A DNA stretch of 64,000 bases from Candidatus Woesearchaeota archaeon (GCA_016214025.1 JACRPH010000004.1:17370-81369), one strand, 5' to 3'. Shown: positions 37,323 through 47,190, numbered from the stretch's first letter. Translations and numbers: made by a program. The notes: generated from the sequence alone by a model not told the origin.

Positions 37323-38288
37323 ATGAAGATCCACCTGCCGAACAGCGCCTTTTTAGGCAATATTGACCCTTTTTTACGGGGATTTAACCCTCAAAACCGC
37401 TCAAAATTAGAGATAACTGCCAACAAAAAATGGATTTCCCTGCATCCGATGGTTCTGTCTATGGTTGCAGCCTTAGGGCTATCTCTCAAACCAGAACAAA
37501 TTTACTGTGAAAAACTGGAGGCAGCCTCAAAACATTATCTGAAGCGAATGGGCTTATTTAAGCTCTTAAAAATTCGCTCTGGAATAAAGCCGATACATGA
37601 GCATGAGCCTGCCGGCAGATTTATTCCCCTGACTAAGATTACCAACTCTGCAGAATTGACTAACTTTATCACGGAAATGGTTCCGCTTCTGCATCTTGAG
37701 CCCAAACACGCTGCACCCCTAAAATATGTCATCAGCGAATTGGTAAGGAATGTTTTAGAACATGCCCAATCTAAGACCGGGGCTATTGTTTCTGCCCAAT
37801 ATTATAAAAAGAGCAATACGATTAGGATTGGCGTTGCTGATGCCGGGTTAGGGATCAAGTACACTATTAACCAATCGCATCCAGCTTCAACCCATCTAGA
37901 AGCAATTCGGTTAGCTTTAACTCCGGGGATAACCGGGACAACCTGGAAAGAGGGCGGAACTGAACTTAATGCCGGAGCAGGCTTATTCTTTATTAAATCC
38001 ATTGCCAAAACCAATCGTGATTTTTTGGTGGTTTATAGCGGTGATGCCCTGTACAAGCTATTAAAAAGCCCTCCAACTAAAACAATTAAATTATTTGGGG
38101 ACCCTTTTCAGGATAAGCATTCTCACGGTGAAAACCTGCCCTTTTGGCAGGGGACAGTAGTGGGGATGGATATTTCTCTTAAGGCTACAGAAGAGTTCAC
38201 TTCTTTATTGGATTTGATTTGGGAAACTGTGATAAAGTCAGTTAAAGAGCGTAAAAAAGCTCGGTATCGGAGGGCGAGATTCATATGA
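37323..38288 (+). CDS. GHKL/HATPase-domain (anti-sigma kinase-like) protein
   Basis: ISELVRNVLEHA (N box), VADAGLGI (G1), NAGAGLFF (G2), WQGTVV. Confidence 0.85.
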   Translation: MKIHLPNSAFLGNIDPFLRGFNPQNRSKLEITANKKWISLHPMVLSMVAALGLSLKPEQIYCEKLEAASKHYLKRMGLFKLLKIRSGIKPIHEHEPAGRFIPLTKITNSAELTNFITEMVPLLHLEPKHAAPLKYVISELVRNVLEHAQSKTGAIVSAQYYKKSNTIRIGVADAGLGIKYTINQSHPASTHLEAIRLALTPGITGTTWKEGGTELNAGAGLFFIKSIAKTNRDFLVVYSGDALYKLLKSPPTKTIKLFGDPFQDKHSHGENLPFWQGTVVGMDISLKATEEFTSLLDLIWETVIKSVKERKKARYRRARFI

Positions 38289-38575
38289 TTCAGATAAAAT
38301 TACTTTCATTAGTGGGCAGCTTTGCAGAGAATAAAGAGCTAGCTAAAAAAATAAGGTTGGAAAAGATAATTCCCGCTCTGGAAAAGAAGCAAGAAGTTAT
38401 TTTAGATTTTAAGGGGATTGATTCTGCCACTCAATCTTTTATCCATGCTTTAATCAGTGATATACTCCGGAAATACGGCAGCGAAGCTTTAGAGCTAATT
38501 GCATTCAAGAATTGCAGTGAAACCGTAAAAAAGATAATTAATATCGTAGTTGATTATATGCAGGAGAGTGATTAA
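38285..38575 (+). CDS. STAS-like (DUF4325-type) protein
   Basis: VILDFKGIDSATQSFIHAL. 4-bp overlap with the HATPase gene. Confidence 0.8.
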   Translation: MIQIKLLSLVGSFAENKELAKKIRLEKIIPALEKKQEVILDFKGIDSATQSFIHALISDILRKYGSEALELIAFKNCSETVKKIINIVVDYMQESD

Positions 38576-39351
38576 GAGGTGTTTAATTCTACATAAGCAG
38601 TACACCCATACCCCACCACCCTACTTTTATCCCCAGCCGTATCTCCGGAATTGCGGTAGTCAATCAATTGCGGCTTCCAGCCTTTCAGTTCTGCCAGATG
38701 CATCAGCACTTTAATGGGAGTTCTGCCGCAGGCATCCAAATCAGCAGCATCGCCTTTTAAGATATTACTAATGGTTTGGTTATCTTTTAGAACGGCTTTG
38801 CCATATTCCAGGTAGTGGCTCAAATCAGAGCTTACTATCACTAAAGTATCATCGTCTAATTTCTCGGAAATAAACTTGGCTAATTTAGCTTCGTTTACTG
38901 TTCCAATAACTAAGGCATACAATTCAAATTCTTTCAAAGTCTCTTGCAGAAATGGCAGCTGCACTTCTAAGCTGTGTTCTTGAGAATGTGCTTCAGGAGA
39001 GATTTCAATTAGTCCTTCTTTGATCCATTTGGTTGCATCTCCACACTTTACTTTTCCAAATGGTGTTAAGAAATCTTCATCAGCAATAGCTGCTCCATAG
39101 AAAGTCACATAATGTGATGGACCAAGCAGAATTACTTTTTTGAATGAGTGTTTCTGTTTTTCCAGTAATTTGTATCCTTGTGCAGCCACAATTCCGGAAT
39201 AGATGTAGCCAGCATGAGGAACAATCAAAGCTTTCAGCTTTCCTTTCAGTTTAGTCTCTTCTGCTTGCTGTAAGAAAGAGCCAATCATCTGTTTTAGCTC
39301 CTCAGCTTTCTGGGGATAAAACACTCCGGCGACGGCGGGTGGGCGGGTCAT
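38572..39351 (-). CDS. amrB: AmmeMemoRadiSam system protein B (MEMO1 family)
   Basis: RPPAVAGVFYP, VPHAGYIYSG, GPSH, EHSLEVQLPFLQ, SSDLSHY, ACG, NSGD...VVGY. Confidence 0.95.
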   Translation of the reverse strand: MTRPPAVAGVFYPQKAEELKQMIGSFLQQAEETKLKGKLKALIVPHAGYIYSGIVAAQGYKLLEKQKHSFKKVILLGPSHYVTFYGAAIADEDFLTPFGKVKCGDATKWIKEGLIEISPEAHSQEHSLEVQLPFLQETLKEFELYALVIGTVNEAKLAKFISEKLDDDTLVIVSSDLSHYLEYGKAVLKDNQTISNILKGDAADLDACGRTPIKVLMHLAELKGWKPQLIDYRNSGDTAGDKSRVVGYGCTAYVELNTS

Positions 39352-40862
39352 TTTACTTCCCAGTGTCCTCCTTTGTCGGGGCCGATTCTCTTCAAAATGC
39401 CTTTTGATTTGAGCCTGGCAACCGCATCTTCAATGGTACGCCGAGATAATTTTAAAGTGCGGGAGATTAAAGCAATGCGTACATGCGGATTTATGATAAT
39501 TTGCTTTAGAATTATCTCTTCTGTTTCCCCCACGTTTACTCCACGTTTACTCCACGTTTGCACCACGTTTTCTACTTTTTTCTGGATGATTTCTAAAGAG
39601 CCTACTGGTATCTTTTGCTGGTTAGAAGTAAGTGGTACACCGTCTTTTACACCGTCTTTTTCTCCGTCCCCAAACATTTTTCTCTCTAAATAGAAAGTTA
39701 TCTTATAATAATCAAAGTCGCCTTCAACTACAGGTTTCTTTGCGTAATACGACAACCATCCAGAAAACATCTTGTAAAAGCCGGAACCGATGTTCTCTGA
39801 CAACCTGATAGTCCGGAAAATTCTGGCTATCACGTTGTTTCTGGGCATGGAAAATTCTTCTTTAAGGATAAACTTGATATCTTTGGGTAATGAGCCCGGA
39901 TTAAAGAATTCAATTCTATCCGAAAGGACTCTTATCCGTGGCTTTGCATTAGAAAAATAATCTGTATGCATCAATAAATTAACTAATGCTTCCCTGATAG
40001 CAATAATTTGGGGCGGGTTCTCATCACGAGAAAAATTTTTCAGCTTAAAAGGGATGTTGATATGCTTCAATAATTTATCCGATAATGAAAAATAATATTC
40101 ATACAAATTCTTCTGAACTGGCATTCTATATTCATACCGGTCAGAAGCATTCGCAAAGGAGGTGCCGCTTACCTCAAGATACTCTATCCGAAAATCAGAG
40201 ATAACTTGATTAACTGCTTCACTGGTACCAAATACTAAAACTCCACCCACAGTTACTTTTCCTTTAACTACTACCTGCATCAGTTCCAGCATCTTCTTTG
40301 CAGAAACATTATTGTAGCGATGGGTTGGTTCAATAGTTTTAAGATATGTCCTGTACCTACCCAAAGTGTCTTGGTCTAAATCCTCGCATGAAAAAGAGGT
40401 CAATTGCTCATCTTTTTTATCGAACGAAGAATTGCGGTACATCGCATCAATTTCTTCTTTAGTTGCTCTTTGATCCCCGCTGCCGGTTCTAATAAAAGTG
40501 TTTGATGGAGAATTATAATAAATTGGCTTGTCTTTGGGATAAACCGAGGGGATATGGAAACCAAGCACCGTTTTTTTATCAAAGGTGTATTTCTTTGATT
40601 TTGCAGAGAGTTTCCGGTTAAACTTTTCTCCTCTTAAAATTGATAAGAAATCCTGCTCTATCTTTTCTGGATTATCTACTCCTAAAACTTCATATTCTTT
40701 ACCTCGCTTAGAAACGCCAAAGATAATCCAGCCCCCAGAGGTGTTGCTAAAACCACTTACTGTTTCCCAAACATTCTTCGGAATTTCTGCTCTTGCTTCT
40801 TTTACTTCAAAGTCCTGCCATTCAATGTCCTGCAATTTTTGGATAAGTTCTTGTTTATTCAT
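39348..40862 (-). CDS. Schlafen/AlbA_2 + HATPase_c_4 + wHTH protein
   Basis: EVKEA, ETVSGFSNTSGGWIIFGV, REALVNLLMHTDY, NPGSL, PRN..IA, ENIGSG, RIGPDKGGHWEV. Confidence 0.88.
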   Translation of the reverse strand: MNKQELIQKLQDIEWQDFEVKEARAEIPKNVWETVSGFSNTSGGWIIFGVSKRGKEYEVLGVDNPEKIEQDFLSILRGEKFNRKLSAKSKKYTFDKKTVLGFHIPSVYPKDKPIYYNSPSNTFIRTGSGDQRATKEEIDAMYRNSSFDKKDEQLTSFSCEDLDQDTLGRYRTYLKTIEPTHRYNNVSAKKMLELMQVVVKGKVTVGGVLVFGTSEAVNQVISDFRIEYLEVSGTSFANASDRYEYRMPVQKNLYEYYFSLSDKLLKHINIPFKLKNFSRDENPPQIIAIREALVNLLMHTDYFSNAKPRIRVLSDRIEFFNPGSLPKDIKFILKEEFSMPRNNVIARIFRTIRLSENIGSGFYKMFSGWLSYYAKKPVVEGDFDYYKITFYLERKMFGDGEKDGVKDGVPLTSNQQKIPVGSLEIIQKKVENVVQTWSKRGVNVGETEEIILKQIIINPHVRIALISRTLKLSRRTIEDAVARLKSKGILKRIGPDKGGHWEVK

Positions 40863-40980
40863 GTTTTTAAGGTAATTCAGTGGAATAAACAGAAGGAATA
40901 TAAAAAACTAACTGGAAAGTATGAGTATGGAGCAGTAAAATATATAAATCAGTTCCCATTTAGCCGCTTAGGTAAATCAA

Positions 40981-41484
40981 ATGAACTTTGAAAACAAATT
41001 TTTAGATAAGCTAAGTAAAAAAGATTTAAGTATACTCATTCTGCTAAGGGAGCTAACGGGCTTATACCAGAATTATGCGCACCAGTTCCAAGGGATACGC
41101 GATACAACGCACCCTCTCTTTAGTTTACTTTCTAATAGTTCTGTTCTGATAAATTTGCTGACTGAGAAAGCTGAATATATGAAAAGCAAAGGTTTTGAGA
41201 GCATTAAGTTTAAAGAGTTGCTTGAAAATTATCTCAATCATTTGTTGGGTGTATTTAACACTATTAACTCTTTTAAGAAGTCTTTTTTTGAACGAGAGCG
41301 AAAATTATCGGCCTCATCCAAAAAAGGTAACGATTTCCTAACTGCAATGGAAAAAAAGATCAATAAAATTATTAGTCTAATCAAAGAAGAAAAAGCAATC
41401 TTAACCAAAGAGCTGAGTGCTCGAGGGTGGTCTCCGAGTTATGTTCAAACTGCAACATTTAAGATTTTAGATAGTATTAATTAA
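40981..41484 (+). CDS. Hypothetical helical protein
   Basis: 167-aa AT-rich ORF, no motif. Confidence 0.5.
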   Translation: MNFENKFLDKLSKKDLSILILLRELTGLYQNYAHQFQGIRDTTHPLFSLLSNSSVLINLLTEKAEYMKSKGFESIKFKELLENYLNHLLGVFNTINSFKKSFFERERKLSASSKKGNDFLTAMEKKINKIISLIKEEKAILTKELSARGWSPSYVQTATFKILDSIN

Positions 41485-41497
41485 CTATAAAAAAGAG

Positions 41498-41698
41498 GTG
41501 TCAATCATGCTAAGACCAACGGCCAGAAAAATGAAATTTGAAAGAGTAACTTTACTTGTACAAGATCCGCCCATAGAAAGTGGAGGTTTCTGTGAAATAA
41601 GTGTGGTAGTTAAAGGGAAAGGATACGTTGCCTTTCTGAGGAAAAATGATTGGGAGCAGTTTGCAAATCACCTCTGGCGGGCTGCAAGAAGCGACTAA
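41498..41698 (+). CDS. Small hypothetical protein
   Basis: GAGGTG SD; likely start ATG 41507. Confidence 0.45.
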   Translation: MSIMLRPTARKMKFERVTLLVQDPPIESGGFCEISVVVKGKGYVAFLRKNDWEQFANHLWRAARSD

Positions 41699-41717
41699 AC
41701 AAATATTCCTAAAGTAA

Positions 41718-42431
41718 TCACCAGATTAATTTAAAGAATTTCTTGTAGGAATTTGCAGCTAAAGGCTCTTCGATTAAAAAGCCAAAGGGCTGATCTAAAT
41801 AGATTATTATGGCTACTCTTTTTCCACAAATAATGGTTTCAGTTAATTCTTCAAAATCTTTTGGAGTGGTTCTTACCACAGTTAAGGGAAATTTATTTAG
41901 TTTCTTAGCCCACCATTGTAAAGAGGAATGAAAGATTAATTTTGCTTTAATCTTTTTCTCAATTCTCTTTTTGTGAAAAGCTTCCCAGAAAAAATCTCCT
42001 AACAACTCATGAGCTTTCTGTGGTCCGCCATAGGCGAAATACTCTTTAGAATTAGTGTCCAGCATGAGATTAAGCAGTTCTTTGATTCCCCTAATCCCCT
42101 GAAAAATGGTGGCAGAAGGCTTTTCTTTCGCCAGCTTTCTTTTAATTTCCAATTCTGGAAGGATCTTTTCCAGCCGGGCTTTCTTTTCGTCTAAGAAATT
42201 TAGCAGTAATTTCGGCTCAATGGCTTGATAATGCCTGATTTTGCCTTCAATGATATAAGTAATTAAGCCTTTTTCAATTAAAGAATGGAACGCTCTGTGA
42301 ACAACCGCATTTTGCAGACTGGATTTTTCTACTACTTTTCCGGCAGTTGAGGAGCCCAGTTCTAATAAAGTCAAGAATACTTTAATCTCTGCTCCGGTTA
42401 AACCAATATCTTCCAAGATGGAAGTGTCCAT
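41718..42431 (-). CDS. TrmB-family transcriptional regulator
   Basis: LEDIGLTGAEIKVFLTLLELG...LIEKGLI...FQGIRGIKEL...ANSYKKFFKLIW. Confidence 0.9.
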   Translation of the reverse strand: MDTSILEDIGLTGAEIKVFLTLLELGSSTAGKVVEKSSLQNAVVHRAFHSLIEKGLITYIIEGKIRHYQAIEPKLLLNFLDEKKARLEKILPELEIKRKLAKEKPSATIFQGIRGIKELLNLMLDTNSKEYFAYGGPQKAHELLGDFFWEAFHKKRIEKKIKAKLIFHSSLQWWAKKLNKFPLTVVRTTPKDFEELTETIICGKRVAIIIYLDQPFGFLIEEPLAANSYKKFFKLIW

Positions 42432-42582
42432 GTTTTAGGTTAAATTGTTGGTTCTATTTAAATCTTTCTATCAGTAGTCACAATTGTGGTTATAAATATT
42501 AATAAAGTGACCAGTTACTACTACCGTATAATCAATTAAAATACGGTTAATCCTTTCTGTAAAAAAGGAGGAGGAATAAAAA

Positions 42583-43041
42583 ATGAATACAAAAATGTCT
42601 TTGGAAGAAAAATTGAATGATGCTGAAATTCATTTACCCGGAGTTAGGGAGAAATTGAAGCGAAACAAAGGTGGAGCGTGGGGTTCGTATTGGGATGGTG
42701 CTCCCCAGGATTTAGAATATTGTGAAACAGATGAATATCGAGTTGTGGTAGCAAAATGGAAAGAAGATAGCTGGTCTGCTGAGGCTGGATGCCATAGCGG
42801 AGTCGGGTTTAAAGAATGGTTATCCGTATACTATCGGCCAAAAGGAAGTGAACGAGAAATTAAACAACTCGAAACAGAAAAAATTCTAACCAGAGACTAT
42901 TATAATCCTTCGTATGACAAAACACATCTACGACCGTATAGATTTGTAGGGGTGCAACCTCTGGAACCTGCTAGGGTTAAAGTAGCTTGGGTAGATGAAA
43001 CTGGAAACGAAGGTCTAACATACGAGTTAGAGTTAAAATAA
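42583..43041 (+). CDS. Hypothetical protein
   Basis: Strong GGAGGAGG SD; Trp/Tyr-rich 152 aa. Confidence 0.65.
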   Translation: MNTKMSLEEKLNDAEIHLPGVREKLKRNKGGAWGSYWDGAPQDLEYCETDEYRVVVAKWKEDSWSAEAGCHSGVGFKEWLSVYYRPKGSEREIKQLETEKILTRDYYNPSYDKTHLRPYRFVGVQPLEPARVKVAWVDETGNEGLTYELELK

Positions 43042-43057
43042 ATGGGGGAAGAATAAA

Positions 43058-44434
43058 ATGGAAAACCAACCAAAAAGAATATTATTCACTTATCGGGACA
43101 ATGATGTTTACCATGCTTTAGTCCCCCGACTGGAAGAGGTTGCTCGAGAAGAAGGGCTGACAGTAGAACGCTTTGTTCTCCCTCGAGGAGAAGAGTTACC
43201 CAAAGCAGAGGCAGATTATCCTTCCACACTAGCTGAAGCATTATCTAAAGAATATGCAGTATGGATAACTGATGAGACTTTTCACTTCCCTTCACTACGC
43301 TTTATGAGAACTGTAAAAAATGAAGTTCCCTTTACAGAAACATTTATTTTAGATTATGTGGGGGACGAGGCATCTAAGCGTTTAATTAACCAAAGGATAT
43401 ACAGTAATGCTATGGTTCCCCCTTTGACTGGTGGAAAAGAAGACCGTAGTAAACAAAGGTATGAAATGGAGTCTGAAATGTATTATTCCCTATCTGATAC
43501 CGAGCTAGTTGCAAAGACTGGTGAAGCAGTCGTACCTCTGCTTCGAGAAATTGCAAAACATGAAGGATGCACTAAAATGTATGTATTGGCGCAGTGCATT
43601 GCGAGCCATGAGCCTTTCGACAGCTTTCACGATAAATGGCATTATGAAAGACAGTGTAAACGTTATCCTGAGACAAAACTATATAGTGAAGAAGAATCTG
43701 ACCGATTGGCTTTAGACACAGTAACCCAGTGGATCCAGGCAGCGGGCATGGAGGCAATAGTGGCTGAAAATAGTTCAGCTATTCCTGCTGGCTCTGTTGT
43801 CTTAGGGGATCGACATGCTCGAGATGGTTTTGATTTAACGGGAAAAAGAAAATATATGCTTCCTTTAGAAAGTTTGATTTACTCTATGGAAAAAAACGGC
43901 ATTGTCAGTGAGTATTCTCCCACTTCCAAGCAGGTGCAGGAGGCAATCGTGAACTTTTTTAGAGAGTATTTTAGAAAGGTAGCACCGGGGAGAAGCAGAA
44001 CAATGAAAATTAGCCAAGCTTTAGGAATTGGAGCGTTAGTATTAGGTTTGAGTAGTTGTGAGAATAATCCCTGTGTCGAGTACTCACGCTATCCTCAAGA
44101 ATATCGCGACCGATGCCAGGAATATCAAACCATTAAAGGAGTACCAATAAGTGTTACTGGCGGTTCTGGCGGGAGTTTAACTGCTCTTTTAGAGGTAGAG
44201 GGAAAATGTGTTTTGGCATACAGCTTAGGCCATTCAGAGAACGATGTTCAAGCAGCAGCGTTGATCCGATCAGAAATCTCCGATGGAGATGTAGAACCAA
44301 TTTATATCACCGGAAGACCGGATAGGGATACGTTCGTAATAACAATGGTTGGTGCTAAAGGGGATGTGGTTAAATTAGAGGATTATTACTGTAAAGATCT
44401 TCTAAGCAATAAACGTAAATGCCAAAGGGAGTAG
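43058..44434 (+). CDS. Hypothetical ORF, probably two in-frame genes (second is a lipoprotein from 44003)
   Basis: Internal MKISQALGIGALVLGLSSC signal and lipobox at 44003, preceded by GGGGAG. Confidence 0.6.
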   Translation: MENQPKRILFTYRDNDVYHALVPRLEEVAREEGLTVERFVLPRGEELPKAEADYPSTLAEALSKEYAVWITDETFHFPSLRFMRTVKNEVPFTETFILDYVGDEASKRLINQRIYSNAMVPPLTGGKEDRSKQRYEMESEMYYSLSDTELVAKTGEAVVPLLREIAKHEGCTKMYVLAQCIASHEPFDSFHDKWHYERQCKRYPETKLYSEEESDRLALDTVTQWIQAAGMEAIVAENSSAIPAGSVVLGDRHARDGFDLTGKRKYMLPLESLIYSMEKNGIVSEYSPTSKQVQEAIVNFFREYFRKVAPGRSRTMKISQALGIGALVLGLSSCENNPCVEYSRYPQEYRDRCQEYQTIKGVPISVTGGSGGSLTALLEVEGKCVLAYSLGHSENDVQAAALIRSEISDGDVEPIYITGRPDRDTFVITMVGAKGDVVKLEDYYCKDLLSNKRKCQRE

Positions 44435-44451
44435 ATCTAAATAAAGTAGAT

Positions 44452-44479
44452 TGAGAAGGTAGCAGCTAACCTTTCTCAA
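44452..44479. terminator. Stem-loop between convergent genes
   Basis: TGAGAAGGT-AGCAGCTA-ACCTTTCTCA imperfect inverted repeat. Confidence 0.4.
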
Positions 44480-44522
44480 CAGCAAAAGTTAATGGGAAAA
44501 ATATTGTAATCTTCCATTCTCA

Positions 44523-44903
44523 TTAACCAGAAAGTATCTGCTCTAACTCCTCTGGCGCAGGCCTCTTGCCAATGCAATGAGTAGCTCCATGCTCATATCC
44601 TTTCATCCTTGCTTCTTCACTTTCACTGGTCCAAAGCACTCTTACCGGAGCGTATTCCCTGACTTTATCCAAGATAGAGTAACCTTCGGTAGGCAAGTCC
44701 GAGCCCCAGCGCAAATCAATCATCAGCACGTGATATTCTCCACTGCTGGCTAACTCTACGAACCGTTCAGGATCAGCAGTGTAAGCTAGTTCAAACGGCT
44801 GCAGCTGTTGCCTGTAGACTAACTCAAAGAGAGTTCGTAAATCTCTCCCTTGAGCTGAGTCATCCAACTGGTCGTCTCCGATGAGGATTTTTGGTTTGGT
44901 CAT
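44523..44903 (-). CDS. Stand-alone response regulator receiver (CheY-like)
   Basis: ILIGDD, LMIDL (phospho-acceptor D), LWTS, GATHCIGK. No histidine kinase adjacent. Confidence 0.8.
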   Translation of the reverse strand: MTKPKILIGDDQLDDSAQGRDLRTLFELVYRQQLQPFELAYTADPERFVELASSGEYHVLMIDLRWGSDLPTEGYSILDKVREYAPVRVLWTSESEEARMKGYEHGATHCIGKRPAPEELEQILSG

Positions 44904-44905
44904 TG

Positions 44906-45454
44906 TTATTCCCTCCACTTTTTTGACATGTCGAATATAACAAAGTATTCTGGGACATATACTCGATCGCTGGCTCGTAGTGTTAATTCCTCATCCAATG
45001 TCAAAATGGTTCTCTCAGTTTTTATTTTTCCGGCAGTAAACTCATATACCTCGAGTTCAGAAGTAGCCGGAAGGATTAATGACTGTTTCCTATCCTTGGA
45101 CTTTAATGCTTCTTCTACAGAACGGAACCCCGAACCACAAAGACAGCTGGGATATAAATGCGGTCTTCCCATCTTGTCCAAACCTCTTCCCACTGCATTT
45201 ATATAAGCATAGTGGTCTAAGTCATATGAAAAACCCTGTTGGCGCGTGTGGATGGGGGGATGAATTCCCAACTGAGCGATTATATCCCCTTCTTCAATTT
45301 CTGCGCCTTCCCCACGCAAGTGTCTTAAAATCTCAAGTAAAGATTCTGCTTCTTGTATTGTGTACCTATGTGTTTCACCACCATCGTACCAGCTAAACCT
45401 ACCCGGGCGATACTCACCTTCTCGTTTTAAAAAAAACTTGGTTCTTTTTTCCAT
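44906..45454 (-). CDS. Hypothetical protein
   Basis: 182 aa with GGGGAG SD, co-oriented with the receiver gene. Confidence 0.6.
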   Translation of the reverse strand: MEKRTKFFLKREGEYRPGRFSWYDGGETHRYTIQEAESLLEILRHLRGEGAEIEEGDIIAQLGIHPPIHTRQQGFSYDLDHYAYINAVGRGLDKMGRPHLYPSCLCGSGFRSVEEALKSKDRKQSLILPATSELEVYEFTAGKIKTERTILTLDEELTLRASDRVYVPEYFVIFDMSKKWRE

Positions 45455-45592
45455 TTTTCTTCATCTCCCCGTTTTAAGCCCGGGCGGCTGTTTTTTATTT
45501 AATAGTAACTGAATGGTGGGACTACTATTTTAATTAATGTGGTAGCCTACACAACCATAAAATATATAAATAAGCTTAACTTTCCTCAGAAG

Positions 45593-46342
45593 ATGGAACT
45601 TCCAGAACTATCACAGCTTGACCTTTCTCCGGGGCAGATTCAGGTATATACGGCAGTTTTAGAGTTAGGAATAGCTACGCTGAACCATATCCAGGAAAAA
45701 GTAAGCTTAGACCGCCGGAACATCTATGATATTTTGGACCGGCTGATGGAAAAAGGGCTAATCTCCTATACTCAAAGCAAAGGTGGGAAAGTTTACCAAT
45801 GCACTCATCCCAACAAATTGAAAGAAGAAATCCAAAAGAAAGAGGAAAAGCTTTCTGACCTAAAGAATAAGCTGCCACAGATAGAATCCCTGTATAATTA
45901 TTCCCGGCCGGAAATCAGAGCAGAAGTATTGCGGGGAAATGAAGCTCTGAAATCTTTGCTTAATGAGGCTCTCAATTGTCCTGCAACCTACTGGATTGGC
46001 GGGAATAGCGGAGTAGAGCAATGCTCAGAAGAAATGCATTATTGGTTTAAGCGCTGGACCAAGAAAAGGATAGAATTGAAGAAGTTTATGTACGACTTGG
46101 TGGATTATGGAACCTCTCTGGAAGATTTCAAGCCCAATGATTTGGCTAAACACAAAAAATCATTTTACAAATACTGCCAGCTGCCCAAGAACTTATCTTC
46201 TCCAATGGTCATAATCCTCTTCGGCAACAAAGTTGCACAAGTGCTTTGGAGCAAGCAATCTTTTGCGGTGGTGATTGAGTCAGAAGAGATTAAAGAGAGT
46301 TTCATGCGGTATTTCAATTATTTCTGGAAAGAGCCGGATTAA
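45593..46342 (+). CDS. TrmB-family transcriptional regulator
   Basis: LDLSPGQIQVYTAVLELG...RRNIYDILDRLMEKGLI...FGNKVA...ESFMRYFNYFW. ATG 45593 preferred. Confidence 0.9.
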   Translation: MELPELSQLDLSPGQIQVYTAVLELGIATLNHIQEKVSLDRRNIYDILDRLMEKGLISYTQSKGGKVYQCTHPNKLKEEIQKKEEKLSDLKNKLPQIESLYNYSRPEIRAEVLRGNEALKSLLNEALNCPATYWIGGNSGVEQCSEEMHYWFKRWTKKRIELKKFMYDLVDYGTSLEDFKPNDLAKHKKSFYKYCQLPKNLSSPMVIILFGNKVAQVLWSKQSFAVVIESEEIKESFMRYFNYFWKEPD

Positions 46343-46434
46343 ACTAAGATATATTCCTGAAGTTAATCTCAACTTTGAAATTAAACGACATAGCATAGAA
46401 AAGTATTTAAATAAAAAGAAATTTAATAATCTAA

Positions 46435-46752
46435 ATGATTTTAGAAAGATTGCGATTTGGGAAAGCTATTGGAGAGGAGTTGCTTAAGCTGAAGAGTCCT
46501 GACCCTAATCAGCTGGTTCAAAACTTGAGAAAACGCGGGTTTAGTAATAAAGTTCTCCAAGACAGATTACTTCTTGAAGTTGTGGTAAAAATAGATGCTA
46601 ATATAGCACATTTTGAAAAAGAAAGCGGCACTTTTTTTGCTTCTTTCTTCCAAATTCCGGTTGTTCCCGCTATACAGGAATGGGAATCATTTAAAAAGAA
46701 ATGTATAAAAGAGTTACCGGCAATTCTAGCTAAGCTTTCTCTGGTAAAGTGA
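46435..46752 (+). CDS. Hypothetical protein
   Basis: 105-aa ORF after a TATA-like box. Confidence 0.45.
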   Translation: MILERLRFGKAIGEELLKLKSPDPNQLVQNLRKRGFSNKVLQDRLLLEVVVKIDANIAHFEKESGTFFASFFQIPVVPAIQEWESFKKKCIKELPAILAKLSLVK

Positions 46753-46786
46753 AGAACAATCTTAATTATTTATAGACGGAGCCGTA

Positions 46787-47190
46787 TTAAATTCCCAAAA
46801 ATTCGCTGGCAGTAACAATCTTCACTTTTGCAAATTCTTTTAATTCTAATAAATGGGGATCACCGCTAATTATGTAATCAACATTTCCAACGACCGCTGT
46901 TTCCAGCATGGCATTATCATCTGGGTCTTCCGTAATAACTTTTACCTTTCCCAGGATCTCAACCATAGTTGCAATTTCAAGAATTATGGAGATGAATGTT
47001 GTTTTTTGCTCTTCAGTAATGTTGAATTTTGGGTAGTCCATTACTCGCTTTAGCTCATCAATTTGATTTGGAGAGGTGATTAACTCTAATTCACCATGCA
47101 AACACTTCTCAAAAATAACTCTGGTTTTCCTTTCCAGCCCAGAGCAGAGATAAGAATGTTTGTGTCTAAGAAGACTTTCGTCTTGCCCAT
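46787..47190 (-). pseudogene. PIN-domain (VapC-type) toxin with 1-bp frameshift
   Basis: MGKTKVFLDTNILISALGWKGKP then frame change near 47120 to VIFEKCLHGEL...DPDDNAMLETA...IISGDPHLL. Total length 404 nt. Confidence 0.8.

Noticed and set aside
37145..38658. DGR template/variable repeat pair at the amrB duplication
   Set aside because: Mismatches are not confined to adenines in either copy, and the repeat is not AAY-rich.
39532..39610. Short repeats CCACGTTT and CCGTCTTTT inside the Schlafen-like gene
   Set aside because: Low-complexity linker repeats before the wHTH are common in this protein family.
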